A DNA stretch of 64,000 bases from the NCBI GenBank assembly GCA_963772565.1, contig CAVYXU010000064.1, forward strand, positions 2,666-66,665. The letters run 5' to 3'. Within the stretch, counting starts at the first letter, position 1. Every line of letters starts with the position of its first letter. The DNA comes from an uncultured Chloroflexia bacterium (GTDB taxonomy: Bacteria > Chloroflexota > Limnocylindria > Limnocylindrales > CSP1-4). The notes below the pieces were generated by a model that had not been told where the DNA came from, ran no database searches, and was given only the letters and a program-made list of their open reading frames with translations. Made by a program: the position numbers and the translations under genes. Below, one piece after another: positions 58,120-64,000 of the stretch.

Positions 58120-58869
58120 TCAGAGCACCCGGCCGTACTGGCGCGCGGGCAGGACCAGATAGCCGAGCTCCAGCCAGAATGCGACCCCATCCTCGTTGTC
58201 GTCGAGCACGATGACGTTGACCTTCGGACAGCCGAGCACCCGGAGCCGCTCCTCGATCATCGCGACGAGTCGCTTCGCCGTCCCACGATGCCGGTAGTCC
58301 GGATGGGTCCCGACGTGGTAGATCCATCCGCGCCGGCCGTCCCAGCCACCCAGCGCGGACCCGACGATCTCGTCGCCGACCGTCGCCACCAGCAACAGCC
58401 CGGGGTTCCGCCGGGCCATGGCCGCAAGGCCGGCATCGTCGTCACCCAACGATCGGAGGTCGAGCAGGTCCCATAGCCGGCGCAGCTCCGGTCCGTCGGC
58501 AGCCCGCCACTCCCGGACCTCGACCGGCGGCTCGGGAGCAGGTGCCGGCTCTGGGGGTGGCGGCGCCTCGGGCGCGGACACGGGTGCAGCCGCCACGCGT
58601 GGCGGCCTCGGCGGCAGCGCGGCCATCCGGGCGGCCAGATCCGACGTCGGAGCGGGCCCACCTCGCACAACCTCGGCCGCTGCTCGCGCCGCGGCCAGCG
58701 TCGCAAACGGCCCCCGGACGAGCGGCATCCCGAGCTCGTTCACCTGCTCCGCGTCGGTGAGCATCCAGCCGCCCGACGCCTGCTCGATGGCGAACCGGCC
58801 GTCCTTCGTTGCGTACAGGCCGGCACCCTGTCGCTTGAATGTCGCGGGCGTGACCGGTTGCCTTGGCAT
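58120..58869 (-). CDS. GNAT-family acetyltransferase with ~110-aa N-terminal extension and Pro/Ala linker
   Basis: The C-terminal half has LLLVATVGDEIVGSALGGWDGRRGWIYHVGTHPDYRHRGTAKRLVAMIEERLRVLGCPKVNVIV...NEDGVAFWLELGY. Confidence 0.8.
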   Translation of the reverse strand: MPRQPVTPATFKRQGAGLYATKDGRFAIEQASGGWMLTDAEQVNELGMPLVRGPFATLAAARAAAEVVRGGPAPTSDLAARMAALPPRPPRVAAAPVSAPEAPPPPEPAPAPEPPVEVREWRAADGPELRRLWDLLDLRSLGDDDAGLAAMARRNPGLLLVATVGDEIVGSALGGWDGRRGWIYHVGTHPDYRHRGTAKRLVAMIEERLRVLGCPKVNVIVLDDNEDGVAFWLELGYLVLPARQYGRVL

Positions 58870-58941
58870 GGGCCAATCATCGCCGGTCGTGCCGCCTTCG
58901 TGGCGAGCGCCCGTCGATACCGTGGGGCGTACAGTCGGGCC

Positions 58942-59628
58942 ATGGCTTCATCGACTCGCGCCTTCGTGCTCCGCCACACGCGGCTGCGACCCGTACCCGG
59001 GCTCGAGGACCTCAACCTCCATCTCGCCGATGAGGTGCTCCCGCTGTGGCGGGCATCGCAGCTGGAGACCGGCGACGAGGATGCGCCGCTGCCGTACTGG
59101 GCCTTTGCCTGGGGCGGCGGCCTCGCGCTCGCGCACTACCTCCGGGAGCGTCCGGGTGCCGTCGCCGGCCGGCGAGTGTTCGACCTCGCGTCCGGTTCCG
59201 GCCTGTGTGGCATCGCGGCGATGCGCGCCGGGGCCGTGGAGGCCACCTGCGTCGACATCGATCCCTTTGCGATGGCGGCAATCGCGCTCAACGCGCGGGC
59301 CTGCAGGCAGCGGGTCACGCCGGTTCGCCGCGACGTGCTCGACGATGAGCCCCCGGATGCCGACGTGATCCTCGCCGGCGACTGCTGGTACGACGCGCAG
59401 CTCGCGGCACGAGTCCTGCCCTGGCTGGCACGAGCCCGCGCACGCGGCATCGACGTCCTGGTGGGTGACCCGGGGCGCCGGTATCTGCCCACCGGCGACC
59501 TGGTCGAGCTCGCCCGGTACGAGGTCAGGACGACCACCGAGCTCGAGGACCTGGAGCTCAAGGATGGTCGCGTGTACGCCGTCAGGGCAGCTGACGAGCG
59601 GGCACGAGCGAGCGTGCCAGCTCCGTGA
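58942..59628 (+). CDS. class I SAM-dependent methyltransferase (Methyltransf_16/PrmA-like)
   Basis: PYWAFAWGGGLALAHYL...GRRVFDLASGSGLCGIAAMRAGA...VDIDPFA...DVILAGDCWYD. Confidence 0.8.
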   Translation: MASSTRAFVLRHTRLRPVPGLEDLNLHLADEVLPLWRASQLETGDEDAPLPYWAFAWGGGLALAHYLRERPGAVAGRRVFDLASGSGLCGIAAMRAGAVEATCVDIDPFAMAAIALNARACRQRVTPVRRDVLDDEPPDADVILAGDCWYDAQLAARVLPWLARARARGIDVLVGDPGRRYLPTGDLVELARYEVRTTTELEDLELKDGRVYAVRAADERARASVPAP

Positions 59629-59664
59629 CCCGTGCGCCCTTGCCCTGGGTGCGATGATCCGCAC

Positions 59665-59868
59665 ATGGTCGAGTACGGGCAGGGTGTCGGGCAGGCGACG
59701 GGCGTCGGCGGTCAGACGGGCGGGGGTGGGACCCAGGACCTGGGTGCCGGGGCCGCGGCGTTCGTCAGCAACGCCATCCACACCGTGTCGGCGCTCCCCC
59801 CGGAGCAGCTGCTGCTGCTCGTGGTCGCCGTGTTCGCGGGCCTGATCATTCTTCGGCGGGCGTTCTGA
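59665..59868 (+). CDS. small Gly-rich protein with C-terminal TM anchor (67 aa)
   Basis: MVEYGQGVGQATGVGGQTGGGG...PEQLLLLVVAVFAGLIILRRAF. Third codon positions are strongly GC-biased. There is no homology claim. Confidence 0.45.
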   Translation: MVEYGQGVGQATGVGGQTGGGGTQDLGAGAAAFVSNAIHTVSALPPEQLLLLVVAVFAGLIILRRAF

Positions 59869-61141
59869 CCTCCGGGGCGGATCGATCGTCTGGCGCTCCA
59901 TTTCCCGCCAGCACCGTCGATCCCTCCACCTCCGGGCCCGCGCGCAGGCTGCGAACGCTCGGGATCGCAAGCATCGCCAGCGTGATCACGATGTTGAGAC
60001 CACCGGCGAGCAGGAGGCTCTCCCCGACGCCGATGACATCCGACAGGGGCCCGATCAGGGCGTAGCCGATCGGATTGAGCGCGACGGACCCGAACCAGTC
60101 GAACGAGCTGATCCGCGAGATGGCGTGTTCGGGGATCTTCTCCTGGAGCGTCGAGAACCAGACCGCGCCACCGAACGCGAAGCCGCCCCCGCTGAGGAAC
60201 GCGATCGCGGTGATCGCCCACAGCGGCGCACCGGCGCCCAGCAGGAGCACCTGGAGGCCTGCCGGCAGGACCAGCAGCAGCAGGGCGACCAGCGGTCGCG
60301 AGAAGCGGACGCGGAGCGCGACCAGACCGCCGAGCAGCGACCCCACCGACTGCACCGCCAGGATCGCACCCCACGCCCCGGCCCCGCCCAGCTCCGTCTT
60401 GGCGACGAATGGCCCGAGCACCAGGAGCGCGGGGAAGAACGTGAGCTGGAACAGCGAGAACGAGGCAACCACGGCGACCAGCCAGGACCGCGACGTGAAC
60501 TCCCGCCATCCCTCCCGGAAGTCCGCGATCACGCTCCGCCCCGAGAGCCGCATCGTGCGCGGCATGTCCAGCAGCGCCAGGAAGGTCGCGCTGACCGCGA
60601 ACGTGAGCGCGTCAGCGGCGAGTGCCCAGGCCGGCGCAGCGGCCGCCACGATCACGGCACCGATCGCCGGTCCTGCGATGGAGGCGGTCGAGCCGGACAG
60701 ACCCAGCATCGCGTTGGCCTGCTGAAGGCGTCCGGGTTTGACGACCTGCGGGAGCAGGCCCTGGTAGGCCGGGCGTCCGAAGGCGTTCACGCCGCCGTAG
60801 ACCACCTGGAGCAGCGCGACCGCGAGCAGTGACGCATTGCCCGTGAGGAGCAGGACGGCGGTCAGGCCCTGCGCGACCCCGCGCAGGACGTCCGCCGAGA
60901 CGAGGACGAGATGCCGGGGCAATCGGTCGCTCCACACACCACCGAGCAGCAGCAGCACGACCAGCGGGATCTCGCGCGCCATGATCACCAGCCCGAGGTC
61001 CGCGGGCCCGCCGAAGTCGAGCACGGCGAACGCGAGCGCGACGTTGGCCATCTGGCTGCCGAAGGTGGACACCGTGCGGGCGCCGAACAGCAGCCGGAAG
61101 CGGCGCTCGCGAAGGGGATCCAGCTCGGCTGCCAGGCGCAT
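59846..61141 (-). CDS. MFS transporter (EntS/MFS_3-like)
   Basis: MRLAAELDPLRERRFRLLFGARTVSTFGSQMANVALAFAVL... followed by 12 predicted TM segments. Confidence 0.9.
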   Translation of the reverse strand: MRLAAELDPLRERRFRLLFGARTVSTFGSQMANVALAFAVLDFGGPADLGLVIMAREIPLVVLLLLGGVWSDRLPRHLVLVSADVLRGVAQGLTAVLLLTGNASLLAVALLQVVYGGVNAFGRPAYQGLLPQVVKPGRLQQANAMLGLSGSTASIAGPAIGAVIVAAAAPAWALAADALTFAVSATFLALLDMPRTMRLSGRSVIADFREGWREFTSRSWLVAVVASFSLFQLTFFPALLVLGPFVAKTELGGAGAWGAILAVQSVGSLLGGLVALRVRFSRPLVALLLLVLPAGLQVLLLGAGAPLWAITAIAFLSGGGFAFGGAVWFSTLQEKIPEHAISRISSFDWFGSVALNPIGYALIGPLSDVIGVGESLLLAGGLNIVITLAMLAIPSVRSLRAGPEVEGSTVLAGNGAPDDRSAPEVRTPAEE

Positions 61142-61290
61142 CGGGCGACGGTACTACACGGGTCGCCACCGTCAGAGTCCGGGCCGCGAGCACATCGTGC
61201 CGCACGGACGTGCAGAGGTCGTGTCGGCCGTGCATCATCGCGGTCTATGTCGCCCCAGGGGCGCACCGCGCCAGCCAGCATGGACCCTCG

Positions 61291-63126
61291 ATGACCGCCC
61301 GCGCGCCGGTCCCGGCGTCCCTCGACGCGCTTGCGCGGTCCGGGCGTCGCGGTTCGCGGTGGGTGGTGATCGGCGCTCTGGGAACGCTCGGTCTCGTCGT
61401 TGTTGCCGGTGCCGCCCTGTTCCTGTGGGACGCAGGCTACGGCGGCCGGGTCCTGCCGGGGGTCCGCGTCGGCACCACGGACCTGTCCGGGCTTGATCGT
61501 GCTTCGGTCGAACGGGTGCTGGAAGCTGCCTACCACCCGGGACAGGGACGCCTGGTCCTGCACGTGTCAACGAGCGAGATCGCGATCCCGTATTCGACGC
61601 TGGGGAGGCGCGCCGACATCGGGGCGATGGTCGAGGAGGCGCTCGACGCCGGGCGATCCGGATCCGTCATCGCACGTGCCTTCGCGGAGGTGATGCAGGC
61701 GCTCAACGGGACGTCCGTCCAGCCTCGCCTGCTGGTGGACCGAGACGCGCTTGCGCTGTCGATCTCCCGTGTCCTGCGAACGCTGGATCGATCGCCCGTG
61801 GATGCCACGATCGCGATCGGACCCGATGGATTCGTCAGCACGGCGGCCCATGCCGGGCGCGCCGTCGACCCCACCCCGGTCATCGCCGCCGCGATGGAGA
61901 AGCTGGGACGAACTGACGCTCCGGGCGAGGTGGTCCTCGACGTCGACCTGCGGTCGGTGGCGCCGGCGCACGACGACTTCGCGGTGACCGTCGCTCGGGT
62001 GCGGGCGAGACAGCTGATCGGTGACATCGAGGTCGTCTTCGGCAAGAGCTCGTGGACGATCCCGTCCGCGACCGTCCGCCAGTGGGTGCGCTTCATCGCA
62101 GGCCCCGACGGCTCCGTTTCGCCGGCCGTCGACGCCGCGCAGGTGAGCGAGGCCCTGGGAGCCATCAGCAAGGGGGTGCAGCTCAAGCCCGCGTCGGCGA
62201 CGTTCCTGACCGCGAGGAGCGGCACGGTCGTGGGCGTGGCAGCCGCCAAGGACGGACGCCGGCTGGAGGTCGATGTCACGGTCGCCCGGATCGTCGACGA
62301 GCTCATGGCCCGCAGCCGCGGCCGGCCCGCGACGCCGGTGACGGCGATGGCGGTGTCGGTCGCACCGGAGCTGACGACCGAGGCGGCCACCCAGACCGCG
62401 CCCCTGCTGACCAGGCTCGGCACCTGGACCACCTGGTTCCCGGTCGGCAGCAGCAACTACTACGGGGCCAACATCTGGCTGCCGGCCCAGATCATCAACG
62501 GGACCGTCCTCGCACCCGGCCAGACGTTCGACTGGTGGCGGGCCGTGCTGCCCGTGACCACCGCTCGCGGGTTCGGCCCGGGCGGCGTCATCAAGACCGA
62601 TCACACCGAACCCACCGGTGCGCTCGGCGGCGGCATGTGCTCCAGCTCCACGACGCTGTTCAACGCCGCCCTCCGCGCCGGTCTCCGGATGGGCGCCCGA
62701 TCCAACCACCGCTACTACATCTACCGCTACCCGCTGGGCCTTGATGCGACGGTGTCGATCATGGGCGGCGGCCGCCAGACCATGACCTTTACCAACGACA
62801 CGGGGCATCCGATCCTCATCCGCGGGTTCAAGATCCGTGGATCCGGTGGACGCGGCTACGTGCGATACGAGATCTGGGGCGTTCCCGACGGGCGCCAGGT
62901 GACGATCGGGCGCCCGGTGGTCACGAACCTGCGCAAGGCGACCACGCGGACCGTCCTCGTGAGCATGCTCCGCCATGGCGTGCGGAAGCAGGTGGAGTAC
63001 CCGTCCAACGGCCAGGACGTGTCGGTGACACGGGTCGTCCGCGACGCCCAGGGCAATGTCATCCACCGGGACGTCTACCGCTCGCACTACGTCCTGTGGA
63101 ACGGGCTGATCGAGGTTGGGGCCTAG
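61291..63126 (+). CDS. VanW-family protein with N-terminal TM anchor
   Basis: Internal start MTARAPVP...WVVIGALGTLGLVVVAGAALFLW. VanW core GGGMCSSSTTLFNAALRAGL...HRYYIYRYPLGLDATV. Confidence 0.85.
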   Translation: MTARAPVPASLDALARSGRRGSRWVVIGALGTLGLVVVAGAALFLWDAGYGGRVLPGVRVGTTDLSGLDRASVERVLEAAYHPGQGRLVLHVSTSEIAIPYSTLGRRADIGAMVEEALDAGRSGSVIARAFAEVMQALNGTSVQPRLLVDRDALALSISRVLRTLDRSPVDATIAIGPDGFVSTAAHAGRAVDPTPVIAAAMEKLGRTDAPGEVVLDVDLRSVAPAHDDFAVTVARVRARQLIGDIEVVFGKSSWTIPSATVRQWVRFIAGPDGSVSPAVDAAQVSEALGAISKGVQLKPASATFLTARSGTVVGVAAAKDGRRLEVDVTVARIVDELMARSRGRPATPVTAMAVSVAPELTTEAATQTAPLLTRLGTWTTWFPVGSSNYYGANIWLPAQIINGTVLAPGQTFDWWRAVLPVTTARGFGPGGVIKTDHTEPTGALGGGMCSSSTTLFNAALRAGLRMGARSNHRYYIYRYPLGLDATVSIMGGGRQTMTFTNDTGHPILIRGFKIRGSGGRGYVRYEIWGVPDGRQVTIGRPVVTNLRKATTRTVLVSMLRHGVRKQVEYPSNGQDVSVTRVVRDAQGNVIHRDVYRSHYVLWNGLIEVGA

Positions 63127-63199
63127 CGCGATCAGCCCCACGGGTACCATCGCCGCATGACGCGACGCCGCTCGCTCTCCCCTGTACCTGGAGCCTGAG

Positions 63200-64000
63200 A
63201 TGCGCTTTGGCTACGGACTGCTCACCGCCCAGCACCATCCGTCTGATCCTCGCTCGCCCGCCGAGCTGTACCGGGAGGCCGTCGAATACGGTGTGCTTGC
63301 CGAACAGGCCGGGCTCGACAGCGTCTGGACGAGCGAGCACCACTTCGTCGACGACGGCTACATGTCGGCACAGCTGCCCGTTCTCGCGGCGATCGCGGCG
63401 CGGACCGAGCGCATCCGCCTCGGGACCGGCGTGCTGCTCGCCCCGCTGTTCGATCCCCTGCGGCTCGCGGAGGATGCCGCGACGGTCGACCTGATCTCCA
63501 ATGGCCGGCTGATCCTGGGCCTGGGGATCGGGTGGCGCGATGAGGAGTTCGAAGGCTTCGAGCTCTCGACGCGCTCGCGCGCAGCGAGGCTGGAGGGAGC
63601 CATCGGGGTGCTGCGCCAGGCCTGGGGCGACGGCCTGGTGACCGGCGACGGCCGGTCATTCCGGTATGCCGCCCCGGGTCTGAACGTCACGCCCAAGCCG
63701 GTCCGCGGGGCCGCGACGCCGATCTGGATCGGCGCGGGTGCCGAGGCGGCGGTCCGACGTGCCGGACGAATCGCCGACGGCTACCTGGGCAGCGGCGCCT
63801 CGTCTGCGGCCCTTGCCGACCGGGCTCGATGGATCCGCGAGGAAGCTGAAGCTGCGGGTCGCGATCCAGCCGCAATCGAGATCGCGGTTCACCGGATGGC
63901 GTTCGCCTGGCGGGATGGCGACGCATGGGAGCGCGTCGGCGACGCGGCCCGGTACATGACATGGAAGTACGCGGACATGGGGGCTGCGCGGGGATCGCGA
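63200..64000 (+). CDS. LLM-class flavin/F420-dependent oxidoreductase, 3' end beyond the window
   Basis: Absent from the ORF track because it is edge-truncated. Hand translation from ATG 63200 gives MRFGYGLLTAQHHPSDPRSPAELYREAVEYGVLAEQAGLDSVWTSEHHFVDDGYMSAQLPVLAAIAARTERIRLGTGVLLAPLFDPLRLAEDAATVDLISNGRLILGLGIGWRDEEF... Confidence 0.85.
   Translation, partial: MRFGYGLLTAQHHPSDPRSPAELYREAVEYGVLAEQAGLDSVWTSEHHFVDDGYMSAQLPVLAAIAARTERIRLGTGVLLAPLFDPLRLAEDAATVDLISNGRLILGLGIGWRDEEFEGFELSTRSRAARLEGAIGVLRQAWGDGLVTGDGRSFRYAAPGLNVTPKPVRGAATPIWIGAGAEAAVRRAGRIADGYLGSGASSAALADRARWIREEAEAAGRDPAAIEIAVHRMAFAWRDGDAWERVGDAARYMTWKYADMGAARGSR

Overview
High-GC (about 70%) chromosomal segment. It looks actinobacterium-like, or another F420-using high-GC lineage: it carries two DUF385-type deazaflavin oxidoreductases, two LLM-class oxidoreductases, three ECF sigma factors and two SARP regulators. 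I support about 55 protein-coding genes, nearly all after trimming the six-frame ORFs to internal starts. Most very long Arg/Pro/Gly-rich ORFs in the track are antisense or out-of-frame shadows typical of high-GC DNA. Two real genes that run off the window edges are missing from the track: a SARP-NB-ARC-TPR regulator at 1..2716(-) and an LLM oxidoreductase at 63200..64000(+). I recognised no rRNA, tRNA, CRISPR array, transposase or integrase. Most content is ordinary stress, detox and housekeeping genes, including a TetM/OtrA-like ribosomal protection GTPase and genes for CorA, a DEAD-box helicase, prolyl oligopeptidase and an ArsR-SRPBCC-hydrolase operon. Four regions deserve a second look. 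(1) A 2486-aa secreted protein (41400..48860) has a clan-CD His/Cys protease-like core and a 21-unit YAPPS pentapeptide array (17 PPSY motifs) inserted inside a PPC-type domain; it sits directly after a tandem-cyclase/P-loop/TPR STAND-like protein. (2) A three-gene module (uncharacterised 728-aa Cys/Pro-rich protein, signal-less M43 metzincin, small SARP) is preceded by five GTGAC-type repeats phased at exactly 11 bp and bracketed by two copies of a ~57-nt element. (3) A repeat-dense convergent intergenic region lies at 52300..52880. (4) Several candidate frameshifts and leader features are listed in the findings. All family assignments come from motif recall on my own reading of the sequence; no database search was run.
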